DNA of 64,000 nucleotides, taken from contig MU054096.1 in the NCBI GenBank assembly GCA_013239625.1, forward strand, positions 79,085-143,084, given 5' to 3'. A program made the translations under genes and the position numbers. Positions 38,654-53,451 of the stretch are shown here, piece by piece (the first letter of the stretch is position 1; each line of letters starts with the position of its first letter). The notes under the pieces are model-generated. The model searched no databases and was not told the DNA's origin. It saw nothing but the letters and a program-made list of their open reading frames with translations. The DNA comes from Lama guanicoe. Taxonomy: Eukaryota.

Positions 38654-40842
38654 CTTTAAAAGAAGAGTGAAGAGATTACCTTTCCCAGAATATTTCCAGG
38701 AGGACCAATTAATAGGTAATATCTTAACTAGAGACCCAAACTGACAATATTATTTAATGTGCCATGACTGAAAATTTCATTTTATTTTTATGAAGACATA
38801 CATACAGCCCAAGATGAAAACCACCACTGGTAAAGATTTTAAGAGACTATAACTTTTGTCTCATAAATTAATCATTGCCACTATTTAAAAATCAATTTTC
38901 CTACACAGATTGTATGATCAGTTAATACATAGGTACACAATAGAAACGAACTCTTGTGACTTCTCATGGCTCTCATTGCAACACGACGTAAGCAAAGCCT
39001 TATCTGGATAAGGCAGGGTCTCAGCAATGCTGAGATGGAGGGCCAGCAACTCTGCTCTGGGAGGCAGTCCTGTGTACGCAGGATGGTCAGCAGCCCATTA
39101 GATGCCAGTAGCAGCCCCCCAAGTCTGACAAAGTCACCCCAGGTGGAGAACTCCTTAGCTAAGAGACAAGAGCCAAGACCATAACACAACTATGACTGGG
39201 GGTGGGGAGAGTCGGGGGGAGAGGGAGGCAGTGCAGAGACTAGGAGAGCATTCCCTCTTCTCTCTCACCAACAGAAATCCCACTACTTGGTGGCGGCAAT
39301 GTACCCCGCTTTAGCAAAAATAATAAAAGATAATAAATAAATAAAACTTAAGCTGAATTTCCCAGCACTCCTGGCAACTCAGCGTGGTGCAAGTGGCACT
39401 TTCTGGTGCTATTTCTGGATGGCAGGGTACAGCCCCGACCCTCCCTCCTGCTATCTCTGATGCTCACGTGACAGCTGGAGCTCAGCAGCCACTCTGACCC
39501 ACGAGGGGCTGGGAGAGAAGCAGCAGAGTTCCTGGTAAGTCAGTGGAGCTATCACGAAAGACCGGTCACTTCCAAGATTCTTTATACAAAATAAACCCTT
39601 GTGTTTAAGGCACCTTTACCTTTGTCTTGTGATACCCAACTGACCTTATTCTAACTGACACAGGAAGTAATTAATAAACAAGCAATCTGACCGAAATATT
39701 TTATAAATAAATTCTGTCCTATTTGAAAAATCGTCAAAAGCTCACAAATATTTACATATATAATATAGTTCTGTAGAAAACAAAACTCTTTTAAAAATTT
39801 TGGAGGCTTAATTCAAATGAATATTTTAATTAGTGTCCTGATTAAAAAGTCAAAATGTTGGCTGAAAAGTAAACAAAAACCCAGTAATCTTGCCATAAAT
39901 CAGCACTGAATATCAATCCAAATCATGAAAAAGATGCCACCAACAAGCCCTAAATGCATTTGTCTGCAAAGATTTTAAAATGTATTTCATAAACACTATA
40001 CAATATTAGGTATAAATTATGCTGATTTCTCTCAAAAATTTGAAGAAAAACAATAATTTTGAGATCAATTTAAATAGGACCACAACTTTTTTAAATGTCT
40101 ATGTTCTTATGTTTGATTTTCAAACAATATTCTGAATGGGGAAACTGAGGGAGGCACTAAAATCAACAATATCATCTATGCTACATACTGGAGTGGCTAT
40201 TTTTCCTTCTTACTAAGTCATAGCATTGAGCTGGTCATTAAAAAAAAAATCAAATTCAGAATAGAGTATTCATGTAAATCTCAGCATATGTATCAACTAA
40301 TGGTACCTAACTTTGGATATAAAAACTAAAGTTTCACTATACTTTCTGTAAAAAGATGTTTACTTAAAAGTCCTTTTTGTCCTTATCTATGCCAGATTAC
40401 TGAAATGCTGCTAAAATAAAAATGCATGCTAAAATGTAGTTATGTACTGAAGGTTAAAATAGATGGTAGGCTATGATGTAGAATTATTTTGTTACTTACA
40501 CTTTAACAGTGCTAAATTCTTCTGACTGTTGATTAAGAATACATGATACACAAATTTTTTTTTAAAGAATTTTGTGGAAAGGATAAGGGCAAGTTGGTAA
40601 AATGGGTTAAGAACCTATATTTAGAACAAGTTACCTACCAACCTCTCTCTCTCACCCTCTCAGTTTCCTAATTTGTAAACTGCGGATAAGACAAGAAGCT
40701 GCACTTTACAATAATAACGTTATTAGGAAGACAGGAGGAGTGGATTTCCATTACAGTGACGGCAATAGTGTCTGCTAATTGGTACAAAACATTAAACAAA
40801 AGAATGGTGCACATTTAAAATTCTTGGCTTTTTTTTTTTTAC

Positions 40843-40974
40843 CTCTTTCTCTTTTTTCTTTTTGTCGTCTTCTTTCTTTTTCTTACTTTCTGGCATGAGA
40901 TCATCAAGCCAACTAAGTTCTCTCTTTGTGAAACACAGATCCATGAGTTTGCGTACAAAGACTAGTGCAAGAAC
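40843..40974 (-). CDS. SLC4A7: SLC4A7 coding exon: VLALVFVRKLMDLCFTKRELSWLDDLMPESKKKKEDDKKKKEKE
   Basis: 132 nt, tttaaag acceptor, gtaaaa donor; last TM segment plus Lys-rich cytosolic C-terminus. Confidence 0.96.
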
Positions 40975-42513
40975 CTTTAAAAAGCGGGGGAGAGAATATT
41001 AAGTACCGTCTAAAAATACAGAAATTATATCACTCAGAGAAAAAGTATTTAATAAATCATAAACAGTAAAAAAGTAGCTTCATGTCTTTTATTTTAAAAT
41101 ACTTCTTATTTCAAGAAACGGAGTCACTTACCTTTTCCAACTTTCTGCTCAAAGAAATAAAGGAAATGACATTTTTAGCCTTTTCCTATATAAATCCCTC
41201 ACATTCTGCATAAAATTACAAAGCAGATTAAGCATGATGAGTATCTTCACAGTACAAGATTATTAATGTTTATGATGACATTACATTATACATATTATAC
41301 AAGTAGATATAATTTTTTAAATCCCTTAAGCATTAGAGAATCCATTTTCCAGCATTAGGTTTTAACTTTCCAATCTTATTTGTGAAAAAGACATATTACT
41401 TTCATTTGCTTTTCTTTTAACTGATGCTAAGGTTGAAGACGTTCTAAAATGTTCACTGGGCATCTGGATTTCCTCTTCTGTTCTTACTATTTCCTATCTT
41501 TTGCCTGTTTTTTCAATTGGTTTTTATGACTTCTGTTTGTGAATTCCTCAAAGTTGTGTGGTTTGGATAGCAACACTTTATCTTAAATGTTACAAATATT
41601 TTCTCCCCATTCACAATCTGATTTTACTATAGATATACAAAACATTGAATTATCACTTGGTCAAATATACCATCTTTCTTTCACTCTTGGGTTTCCCTGC
41701 CTTCTTTGAAAAGTTACCCTCAATCACTGGATTATATAAACAATCTTTGAAATTTTCTACTACAATTTAACATTTAAATTCTGACTATTTCTTTCTGAAT
41801 CTGACATCATGTAGTAACTTTATATAGCTCCCAGTATGCAGTCAAATCTTCTAACACTATATACTAAAGTTCCCCACTTAAATAAATTACCGCCTTTGAT
41901 GAAATAGTCCACTTATATTATTCAAGTGGCAAATTTGCAAATATCCTGATAAATTTCTGGAATCATTAGTCTCTTTTTCTTATCCACTTGTTGATTCCCA
42001 TGTCAATTTCACACTGCATTATCTACACTGATTTGACAGAAACTTTTAAATATTCAGTTATCAAAACACTGTGGTATCAGCACAGGGACAGTCAAGTCCC
42101 TCACCCCGGACCCAGCCAGGAATTTTGAATTACAATTACCTCTGTTTTGTTATGCTCTACTCTCTATTATATCTTTATTTTCTCATTAATATATAATTTG
42201 TATATTATAAAACAGAAAAATATCAGGTGCATATTTTGCTGCTTTTGAAAAATGTATGTAATCTTATAACCCACATCCAGAAAAGATACAGAACACTTTC
42301 ACCATCCGTATTGTTGTGGCTCTGGTATCTATTTTTCTCTATGAACTTTAAAATCACCCAGCTCACACCAAAACCCACCTCCACCACACACAAACACACA
42401 AATAAAACTAGTAAACATCATACTTGGAAGTGAGTTTTCATAATACTATGTATGCAAAACAAAGAACATAGTATATCTACCTGTTCAGGTCTTAATTTTA
42501 TGTCCTTCAGTAT

Positions 42514-43010
42514 TGTTATGGGTTGAATTGTGTCCCCCATGAAAATCTTATTTGAGTCCCAGCCTCTAGTGCCTCTTACTATGGCTTTATTTGGAAATAG
42601 GGTTGTTGCAGATGCAATTAATTACGTTTGTTGCAGATGTGATTAGCTAGGGTAGTTGCAGATGTAATTAATTAACATGAGGCAGGTCATCCTGGAGAGA
42701 ATGGGTTCCTAACACAGTATGTCTCCTGTCCTCATCAAACGTTCGTGTGAAGACACAGGGAGAAGACTTGCAATGAGGAATTCAGACTGGAGTTGTGCAG
42801 CTGCTAGCCAAGGAACGCCAACGGCTGCCGGCAAACCATCAGAACTAGAAAGGGGCAAAGGAATCCCCTGTGGGGTTCGGAGGGAGCAGGGTCCTGTCCA
42901 CATGTTGATTTCTGACATCTGGCCTCCAGAACTGTGATACACACATTTCTGCTGCTTTAAGCAAATGAGTTTGTGACACTTTGTTACAGCAGCCCTAAGA
43001 AACTAACACA
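42514..43010 (+). mobile_element. MaLR solo LTR (MLT1-type)
   Basis: Begins tgttatgggttgaattgtgtcccc and ends cagcagccctaagaaactaacaca; internal gttgcagatg triplication. Confidence 0.85.
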
Positions 43011-44708
43011 AATACTATTATAAAGCTCTTTTTTTTCTTTAAATAGGTTTCTCCTTTTAAATTTATTCTGAAGTATTTTATAGTGTTTGATCACTACTAT
43101 GAATATGATTTTTTCCATTTCCAGTTTTAGAATCATTACTAAGCTAGAGCCTGTACACTAATCCCCATATTTTCTTGTATCCAGCCATCCTAACAAAATT
43201 CTTATTAATTCTGTTAGAGTTTTTAGGCTTTTTTGAGTGATTTGGATTCAGTTACACAATCACATTATTGACAAAAATGTTATGTCCTCTTTACACCAGT
43301 TACTATATTATTCCTATCTTACAGTTGGAACTGTCAGGTTACGTCAAAGAACAGCAGTAAGCAGGGGGCTTTTCTCTCCACATCAGGGGCAGGCGAACCA
43401 CGAGCCCCTGCGTTAGGTCCACTCCGCCACTTGCTCTGTGTGGCCTGTGAGCTAAGCACAGCTTTTATAGATGAACATTCAGAGCTGATCTGATGATAGG
43501 AACACGAGCTGAGAACTCCAATTAGGTGGCACATTATCCCAAACGAAAAACTTCCATTCGTAGTCTTCCATTAAAAAATGGAAAAAAAACCTGTACAATT
43601 ATTTTTTGAATTTTATCAATAAAAAATTGTGAAAACCTCTCTCTTGCTGAATATATGCACCTGTGTGATGTTCTGAAGGCCTACAAAGCCAAAAATATTT
43701 ACTATATGACCCTTTACATACAAGTTTGTTGACCTCTCCTCTAGGTGTTCATATTCATCGCTGTAGATTCACGTACCACTTTCTTAAAACCCCATGACCC
43801 TCTCCCATAGCTGTGGTTAGACATCTTTTCTCTTTCTTAGCCTTGTGTATTCTGCTCTCCCATTTTCTTCTTCACTTAGGAGTTTATCCATTATTTAGCT
43901 TTACAAATAAGCAATTTGGTTGCATTTATTTTAAGTCTTCTTGAATGAGGGCAATGAAGGGTATACATTTTCCTCTGAGCATAACTTCTCTGCTCATAGA
44001 CGAGAAGTTATTCATTTCAATTCCTCCACAATGTTTTTTTTAATTCAATCTTCCACCCAAGGCTTATTTCAGAATTTAATTTCTGCATGCAAGATTTTTT
44101 AGTGACTTTTCAGTATTCGTATGTAATTTAATTTATTTGTGATCAGGGAGTATTACCTACATAAATTTACAGCTTTTCAATTTTTAAGGATTTTGTTTGT
44201 GGCCATGTACATAACCAAGTTTTATATAATACTTATAAAAGGATAAACAGTCCCTATTTGCAAAATGCAATTTTGTAATGTGATAACTTAATGAATTATA
44301 TTGACTCTTACTAATATCACCTACAATCTTCATTACGTTTTACCTTCTAGATCTATTCGTTTATGAAAAAGATGGACTGAAATACCCTATTAAAGAACCA
44401 TTTGTTCTGGTTGCTTTCCTTTTTACATCTGACTATCATATTTGTTCCACAGACATCCTAAATGCTGGAGTTGTGTAAAAATACAAAACAGCATTCTATA
44501 GTCCAAGGACTAAACATCAAAACAAACCAAAATTTAGAAAATGACAAGCAATTCTCAAAATGATTGGTTTCATAGCCAGAAAGGGCTGACTCACATTTCA
44601 AAACACCTGAGGCGCTTAAAATGGGCTCTTCCTTTTCTTAAAGTCAATTAGAAACATTAATAAGGTAATTACTGTCAAAACACAGAAAAGAAGCAAAAAA
44701 CACCTTAC

Positions 44709-44882
44709 CATCATAGGAAAAACCACTGCGGCAGCTGAAGCCTTTATCACCCACAGGAGGACCAGGCAGGTGAGCTGCATGACTGTAAAGACGTGGACCT
44801 TCCACAGAGGCACGTAGCGGAGGTATATCAAATCGGGCTGGTGCTTAGCAGGCATCCCAAACAGTTTTATACGGTCAAAAAA
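44709..44882 (-). CDS. SLC4A7: SLC4A7 coding exon: FFDRIKLFGMPAKHQPDLIYLRYVPLWKVHVFTVMQLTCLVLLWVIKASAAAVVFPMM
   Basis: 174 nt, catag acceptor, gtaagg donor; MPAKHQPD motif. Confidence 0.97.
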
Positions 44883-46248
44883 CTATGTTTTGAGTGTAAA
44901 ACACAACAAGAAAAGTTTTTTAACAAAGACCCCAATTCTGCTACTTAGGAAAAGAAATTATATTCTACTGTAGGTTTCTGTGATTTAACCTGTAACTATG
45001 TTATGACAGCACAGGATAATGTTTCAGCATACAACATCTTGATCCAAGGAGGAAAAAAAAAAAAAATCAAGACAACCATTTGAATGGCTAATTCATTCAT
45101 CAGAAAAAAGTCAAAGTGCTTTGATCTGGGGGATTAAAATATTTAGATAAATTTCTCTGCTATAACCAAACGCACAAATCATTTAATCCCTTTGAACTTG
45201 TTTTCTGCTATGTAAAATAAAAGAGTAACACTCTCCTAAGGTTCTTTCTAAATCTAACATTACAATTTTATGACAATAACCTGAGGTAACAATGAACAAT
45301 TTTTCACCCGTTGAAAAGGAAAACTGTGAGTCCATTTCTTAGTCTTTTTGAACTTTAATTTCGTCATTTATCTGTGGAGTAAGATCGGCCCTCAATACCT
45401 CACAGAATTGTTGTAAAATAATCAAGTGAGTTAATGAGATCATTTCTTGACCAGTGGAGAGTAGACCCTGAACTGTGTCATTTAAAAAATAAAGAAGTTG
45501 CCTCTGAGAGGCCTCACCGCCACTAGCTGGCAACTGGAGACAACACACTTCAGCCTGGAGGAGGGCATGGGGCCCTAGCCCTGCCCGAGGAGCCGCCCTT
45601 AAGGCTGGATTCAGACAAGTCTTCATAAGTTCTATCAGGCTATTTCCCAAGAAATACTATAAGTAATACAAACCAGATTAGTGAAAACACTGGATACTAG
45701 TCTGGCTCCATTGCTTACGTGGTTAAAAACTTTTAGTAAGTTTTTGTTTGTTTCATGATGAACAAAATCAGTATTTCCTCCTTTCCTGTTTCCCAAGGTT
45801 GTTTGGAGGATCACAGAAAATCATTTCCGCACTAGACTTTATAAACTGTGCTGCACCAGACAAACGGCCGGTAAGTACCATTGTTACAGAAAACAAGTTT
45901 ATGTACGTTTTCTTTTTAAGCAACTGAAATTGCTGTTCTAACGTGTCACAAACGGCATTTGTGTCCGTTCCAAACCTTTTGATCCTCCCTCTCACTATAC
46001 AACTCTTTATTAATAGTTTACCTTTCAGTAGCTTCAATTAAAAATAGGTAAGGACATATCAGGTCATGATCTCATTCTCGGGGTGGGGGGGTGCAGTAAG
46101 CAATAATTACTTTAAAAATGTGGATCTGAAGTCATAGTTCGCCTGCCCCCAAAATACGTAAGTACAGAATAAATCAATACAAAAACAACCTTTGCAAATA
46201 TAAAATATTTAAGTTTTCCTGCAAAATCATTAAATATTTAAGACTTGC

Positions 46249-46317
46249 CTGGATTCCTTTTAATGAGGAAACGCCCATATAAAGGAAAACGCCGTACAGA
46301 ACAGGCATTGGAATAAA
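46249..46317 (-). CDS. SLC4A7: SLC4A7 coding exon: [23 protein letters not shown] (followed by a GC donor)
   Basis: 69 nt, ctacag acceptor; donor reads CAG|GCAAGT; needed to keep frame with the next exon. Confidence 0.95.
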
Positions 46318-48119
46318 CTGTAGGTAAAATGACTGCAGTTAGAATCCATGCTACTAAAACAACTTCATAGTAAAAAATACATAAAAACTTAGTCAGAGAG
46401 TGCCTACGGAGACAGAGGTACAAGATCTCTCGATGAAGAGACCAAACTTTTCTATAAATAAGAAACATAATAGTGAACAACAACCTCCTTGAAAATCATT
46501 CATCTTCTACATTGTTCCTTCCTCAGAAGGGCGTTTGTTCAGTGGTTAAGTGGCGCTACAATCAGACTGTCTGGTTTAAAAACCCAGTTACCCTCCTACT
46601 GAGCTTTAACCTCTCTGTGCTTCAGTTTCAGTATCAGATTGCCTCGAAGAGTAAAAAATGTCAAATGCACAGAAGACTCAGAAAAGCACACGGTACGTAT
46701 CGACCACTCAGAAAGTGTCCGCTGTTATTAGTGTCACGATCCCCGCAGTGAGCGCTACACGGCACCACTTACTGAATACGTGTGATAATTAAACTCTGCC
46801 CCCGAAGGGAAGTCCTTATTACTCTGGCAGTTAGGGGACCCCAAACTGCCTCCCACACCCAGGCATGCCACAGGAAAGCTCGTTACAGGGCCCATTCGCT
46901 GACTCACACGCCACCATCAGCTCCCCCCCAGGGGAGGGAGCTTGAAGGAAAAAGACGTAACAGCCACACAGGAGAATCAGTCACTTTCTGCTAAACAACC
47001 TAGTATGTCCTTACTGAGGGCCTAGGAAGGGAAGAAAACATGTCAAAAATCTAATCAATATCCTTCAGGGAATCTCAGGAAAATATTTTAGCCATAAAGC
47101 AACTTCAGAATACTAGAAAAATGAAAAATCAGAATGAAAAAAAAAACCCTCCCTGAAATTCAAGATATAATAACCCAAATAATTAAAAAGAATTTTGTAA
47201 AAATGATTTTGGTAAGACTTAACGAGATCAATGTAACGATAAGGAAAACGGGAGACTAACAGCGAGAAAGAGTAAAGGAGAGAAACGCAACACATCCAGC
47301 AGGACTAACGTCCGTCTGACTGAAGCTGAACAAATATCTAAGAGAAAATAGAGAAGACGAAATAAATGACTGAAGAACATGCCCGCAGGTGAAGGCACAC
47401 ATGACCCGCAGGGAGACAAGCAGTGTAAATTCAAAGTCCCTGACTACCTAAATAGCCTTGTGAAATTTCAAAACAGCAGGAGTAGAAAGCACATTTTGGT
47501 GGCTTCCAGAAAGGAAAAACAAATGCCTCTGAAGATACAAAAGCCAAACAGACAGCAGACCTCTTATTACAAGACCGCTGATTCTCTAGGAAACAGTGAC
47601 TTTGAGACTCAAAGGAAAACAAATCTGAACATTGACATGGGTATCCGACCATCCATCAAACGTGAGGGTGATGTTGAAACACGTTAAGAACTCTGAAAGT
47701 TTACTAATTACGGTGCCACGCACGGAAAGTTACTCAAGGAATTCCTTTAGCAGTACAAAAAAGAAATACGAGAAAGAGTATATGCGCTTTTCTTAAGTAG
47801 GTATTAAGGAAACTTATCGGATCTTGAGGCTCGGTTCTTCGCACAGCGGGAGCCTAGGGAACGAAGGTGTATTTCTGCCTCCACGCCAGCTGATCTCAGC
47901 GCGCTGAGTCCTCAGCGAGTATCTGCAGCATCGTAATACTGATTCTGCGTTCCCAGAGGGTTTACATGTTTATAATTTAACTCACAGAAAAAGCACCACA
48001 TGTAGGTGCTGGTAACCTTTACGATAATAATAAAACTGAAAACACAGCCAGTAAAAGGCAAGTGATGAAAGGGAGACTGGGATGTTGGGCTAAATCCTCA
48101 TGAAAGACATAACCTTAGG

Positions 48120-48560
48120 TCAGAGGCTCTCAAGTTTTTCAGTCTCAGGACCCCTTTATAGTTCAAACATGTACGGAGGACTTGTCCCCCAAATACTTAT
48201 GTGGATTCTATATATAGATACAGACATAGATACATATTGATATATAGAGAGCTAGGTAGACAGGTATGTGGGAAAGAGCTATACATCATATTTGAAATTT
48301 AAAGAAGAATTTTAAAGTTATTTTTAAATTTATTTCAAATAAAAAACCCATTACAAGTTAATATAAAGAACCTATCTTTATTGGAGAACTATCATCTCCA
48401 AAGAACATGAAATTAAGTGAAATGAGCGCAGTTCTGTATTTCTGTAAATCCCTTTCGTGGGGGGCTTAACAGAAGACAACTGAATTCTCACATCTGCATC
48501 TGCCTTCAATCTGCTGCAATGCGCTGTTCTGCCAAAGCACAGGGAGACGAGTCAGCCTCA
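48120..48560. mobile_element. hAT-Charlie-like DNA transposon relic
   Basis: cagaggctctcaagtttttcagtctcaggaccccttta resembles a recalled Charlie terminus. Confidence 0.5.
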
Positions 48561-49966
48561 CACGGTTATATAACCGGAAAAGGAAAGATCCAGCAGACCC
48601 TGCACAGAGCGACAGGGACACCCCCCACCCCAAGTGCTTGGACTAGACCTGAAGAATCGCTGTCTCAGGTAAAGAGACTCAGTCTAAAGATACTAAAGTG
48701 AAAAAGAAAATTATAAAAGTATGCAGAACTGTAATGGTGTTAAGTACCGAAATAACCTCAAAAACAAAGAAGTAAAAAAAAAAAAAAGTTAACCTCTGGA
48801 GAGTTGTTTTTGAAAAATGAGAGAAAAAAGACTAACTTTGCATTTTAGAGCTTGCTTGATAGGCTACTTGAATTTTTCTACCCGTATGCAATTAATACTT
48901 TAAAAACGTAAAGACCACTTAAAAATTTTGAAGGACAACCCTCGTCAGTAAGGGACAGCATCCCCTTAAGACTGCACGAAACATTTCCCCTCTGGTCCCA
49001 GGCACTTCTGGCAGCATGCTCCCCACTGCGCAGTAACTGCCCATCCATTTGCCTGTTCGCTTCACCAATCAGATTGTCAAGCTCTTCAAAGCAGACACTA
49101 ATGTGTTCTATTTATTATTGTTTCCCCAGTAGTTAATAAAGTACTCAATGAGTATTTGGTCAATTAATCAGTTCCACGAAAAGAGACCAAAGAATTTGAG
49201 TACTAAGTACAATTTTTTAAATTAATATATAACAGAAACATACATACTCCACGTTTGTACTCTAATTTATAAATAGTTTACAACTTTTTACTTAATAATT
49301 TTCTTTACAACAAAAACAATTAATAGACCAAGAAAAAAAAGAGTTGAGCTCTTTCAAGATGCATAGAAAATTTCAGATTAGATACTTAGCTGCGTTTGCT
49401 ATGGTTACCGTTTGGGCTTTTTTTTAATCACAAGATTCAGTAGGATTTGTATAGTAAAAATCAGTTGTGACCAAAAGATGTTTAACATAACGTATAATTT
49501 CTTACATGTTTCATTTATAACATTAGCTGGTTTTGTTTTTCTAATGAGTGCCAGTACTTATGTTTCATTTAGTTTGTCAGGAAGAATGAATGAATACAAT
49601 GAATAGCAATATTATTTTTTACATTTTGGTCAAATAACTGTTTCATCCATATTTCAATACTGCTTCCTCTAATATGCTGATAAAACCCTCCGGGTATATT
49701 CCTCTTTTAGATGATAACTAAGCCATGGATTAACTCCTTCCAAACTCTACAGTCTTTAATGCTATCCCTTCCATTATTTTTAAAAAGGAGACACTCTAAC
49801 ACCGAAATCCCTGCTATACTAACCACCATTTCAAAATATTATTTTCCAAGTAAATTCTAGGAAACGAAACAAATTTAAGAGTTTTAAAAGTTTCATTTTC
49901 ATACAGCCAAGCATAAATTTTATGACCAAAAAAAGATTTAAAAACGTTGCAATAAAGACGTTTTAC

Positions 49967-50218
49967 CTTAAGTACTGAAGTCATGAACACAGACAGGCCC
50001 ATTAGAATAAAAATCATCAGCCCTGTAACCCGCTGCTCGCGAATCCCCAAAAACTTGGGTTGTTCCCCTGGAGCAGAACATTCAGATTCAACTTTTAAGC
50101 TGTTGACGTGACTTATCGACAAGACCGTTGCAGCCACAAACCACGGAAGCCCCATGACAGAGCACACGCCCAGCATCACGCCAACCATGAGCAAATCAAG
50201 GTGGTAGCCGGCTCCTTT
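49967..50218 (-). CDS. SLC4A7: SLC4A7 coding exon: [42 protein letters not shown]...[25 protein letters not shown]
   Basis: 252 nt, tttcag acceptor, gtaaaa donor; [12 protein letters not shown] and EQRVTG motifs. Confidence 0.97.
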
Positions 50219-50396
50219 CTGAAAGCGGAAATCGACAGGAACGTTCGTCAGTCTACACGTTCTTTTAGGTTCAAAGTCTATACCACGTATAAAGAGAAGA
50301 AATTAAGTTTCACCGCACATCTGTTAACGTTGTAATTATGAAAACACCTCCAACTTGAAGAAATCCACAATACTTGAGACACAAATGTTAAGTTAC

Positions 50397-50558
50397 CTTC
50401 AATTTGTGCTCCTTTCTGTTGATGATTACAGCTGTGATTTGCTGATCCATAAAGATGAGAATGGTACAAAGCAGGGCGGGAATAGCAGCTATTAACAAGG
50501 TCCACCAAGGGTTCTCTCCCAACGGGCTTATGATCCAGCCCCTATTGGGATCAGTAGG
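50397..50558 (-). CDS. SLC4A7: SLC4A7 coding exon: [54 protein letters not shown]
   Basis: 162 nt, polyU-aacag acceptor, gtaact donor; FMDQQIT motif. Confidence 0.97.
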
Positions 50559-50699
50559 CTGTTAAAAAAAAAAAATCAAAAGGTTAAAAGAAAGAAAGGA
50601 GAAGGCTCCTCTTCCTGCTGCACAGAATGTCCGCAGCACAGACGGAGTCTGCTCCAAGAAACGCCAAGGGATTGGGGAGAGCTGGATTAAGCCTTGGGA

Positions 50700-51400
50700 T
50701 ACATTGTGAACCATCTGCAAAGCGGTCAAGGGAATTCTTTCGTCCCTCGTCCACGCGTCTTAGCCATCCTTCCGTCTGGAGGGGGAGTCTACTTCCCTCC
50801 CGCGAACCTGGATAACCTTACAGTTTAACCAGAGAACAAGGCCTAAGTGACACTGTGATTTTTTTTTTTTGAGTTACATTTTATTCGGTGGACACCCCTG
50901 AGGCCTCAGCCCAGGATGACAGCCTCTCAGATCACTCTGAGGGACTGCCCCGAAGAGGTAGGAGAGGAAATAGGATACATAGGAGTTTTACAACAAAAAC
51001 CAGGTAGCTGGAACATTAAGAGAGTACTTGTTACTGTGTGATTTCTGAGTCCCGACCTCAAGGGACCTTGCTGCTGCTCCTTAACCCCCTGGAAACCCTG
51101 TGGCAGCCTGGATGAGCTTTTCCTGAGGAAGAGACACATCGTGCTGAGACAAGGATGGCAGGCAACTGGCCCAGCTCTACCGGCCCCTGGACTGACATCC
51201 CAGACGCGTGAATGGGCCCCCACTGACCCGTCGAGGCAACAAAGACTGCAGCCACATCAGAGATCCCAAACCAAGAGACCAGACCCCTGCCCAGCTAAGC
51301 CTCGTCCCAACTGTCAGAATAATGAGCAAAAAAGGGTTGCTGTTTAAAGGCATTGTATCTGGGGAGGTGTGTCAGGCAGAACAGAGAAGCGAAACAGTGT
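50700..51400. mobile_element. Nested LTR relics (MaLR-like with an ERV LTR fragment on minus ~50860-51040)
   Basis: MLT-like end (cccagctaagcc...cagaataatgagcaaa) interrupted by a polyT-led LTR-like segment. Confidence 0.5.
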
Positions 51401-52935
51401 GTCATTCCAACGTGATTCTACCTATTTCATACAAAGTGAAATCAATTGACCTGCCAGATCAACTCCTAAACTAAACTGCTTTACGGAGCCCACAGACTAG
51501 AGATCTTGGCGGGTCAGTGAACTCAGAAGCGGGCCCCAGTATGCTACTTTTCCAAACCACTGACTTGCCAAAACCCCGGCACTTTATCAGATACTAATAC
51601 AGTTCAATGCTGTAACATAAAATCTGTTTTATAATAAAACAGCTTAAAAGATCACAAGAGAGTTTAGCATCCTTGGAGGATCCTGGATATGCTGACATGC
51701 AGTCATGCATGTCATATTAAGTCTTTTTTCTTCATGAAATCATGTGCCAATACAAAAGGGGAGTTTACTGTTTTCAGAGTCAGGTAATTACACTATTCCC
51801 ACACTCACATACATTAAACGGCTTCATAGGTAATGCTGCACATGAATAAAAGGGTTTTATCTATGCAATGCGTGTATTCTTAACTTCTCCTTAATTCCTT
51901 TCCCCAAGTGTACTTTCTGCCCCTTGAAATCAGTTTGCCACTTGAAAGCTAGATAAATAAATGAATAAGAATACATTTAGAAACTAGAATAAAGAAATGG
52001 GACCAGGGTTACAGGAAATCACATCAATATAATTCATCTATTTGTAAGACTTGGTAAAAATAGAATGACTTTGATACAGTCACATCTAATGGCCTAAAAT
52101 CTTTAGTGGCTCAATATCTATGCTTTTAAACAAGGTCTCCAATTTTTTTTTTTTATTATATTCTCTTAGCAGCAAAAAAAATATATACCCAATGGCTCCA
52201 TACTTATTTATGTGTTATGTTACTAATGATCACCCAGATAGTAAAAGCCATATAGTAAATATTGTAAAGCTTAATTTTTCTTATTTTTAAATAAAAATAT
52301 AAATAGATCTAAATAATTTTCAGTGGCTCATTTTCCACCCATGTACTCTACTTTGGAGGCTACTGGCTTTTAAAATAATGTTATTTTTTAATGCCAATGA
52401 GAGAGAAAAGACTAAATTTATCTCTATTATATTCCTTATTTTGAATCCCCTTTAAATCTTCTGGTTCCAAAAGAAGTCATAAGATCTGTTAAATGTAAAT
52501 ATAAGCAGAGACACAATACCTGACTATTAAAAATTTCCAGTAACTATTTAAGAGCTACCATCTCTAACTTAGAAGGGAAAAGAATTATCAGATGGTATAT
52601 TATGCATATGGTATATTGTATACAAAAGAACTATAGTCTAATGAAATCAAAATGTTCATGGATGCGCAAATTAAGTATCATTTTTCTTTTGGAAATAATT
52701 TGATTTTCTCTTGTTTCTGCTGGAAAATGTTACACAAAGCTTTCCAATTACTGCCAGATACACCAACCTTCCAGAAATTTTTTACACGTGAGACATACAT
52801 ACAATTTTTCTTTTCAAAACATCAGCTCCTCAGACAGACTACGTGTATTTTAGAAAGAACTACTTACGAGGCAGTCTTACTTTAAAGTAGTTTGATATCC
52901 CCAAGTAATAAACAGCCGAGTGTCTCCGTCCTTAC

Positions 52936-53049
52936 CTCGAATTTCTCTGGAACATGAAGTTTAGGAGATGGAACTCCTACAAGGTAGTCAATTGCAACCA
53001 TGATGACTATGGTGAGAAACACAGCAAAGTCACTGATTGTCGATCGCAC
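52936..53049 (-). CDS. SLC4A7: SLC4A7 coding exon: VRSTISDFAVFLTIVIMVAIDYLVGVPSPKLHVPEKFE
   Basis: 114 nt, AG acceptor, gtaagg donor; conserved ISDFAV. Confidence 0.97.
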
Positions 53050-53451
53050 CTACGTTAAAGGGATTGTGTTAGCACAAACACAGAGACACTGTGTCCTTTC
53101 GAAATGACTAATACCTTTCACAAATTAACACAGGCCACTAGAAAGCATGAATGAGGGTTTTCATTAGTAATAATGTATCAGTGAAATACACTTATAATTA
53201 GTGTTCTTTGCAAAAGGTAAGAAAATACATTTCACAACTACCCTCCCATCTCTCGTGATACTGCCGTCTTCCTACTATTAGCACAGACATGTAACACCCA
53301 TTTTGCACTATGAATAATTTCTTTATAGCTACTTGACACAAAGCACTAACCTCAAACAGTATCTTCCTGTTTTGAAATAAAGCAAGGAGATGAAAATGAA
53401 AAACATGACTATGACCAGAACTTCAAAATTACCCCCGGTAACCCCGGTTAC

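Noticed and set aside
52862..52880. Two extra GTAAG donor-like sites downstream of the 52936 donor
   Set aside because: They would add 55 or 68 nt (frameshifts), and nothing in the sequence supports their use.
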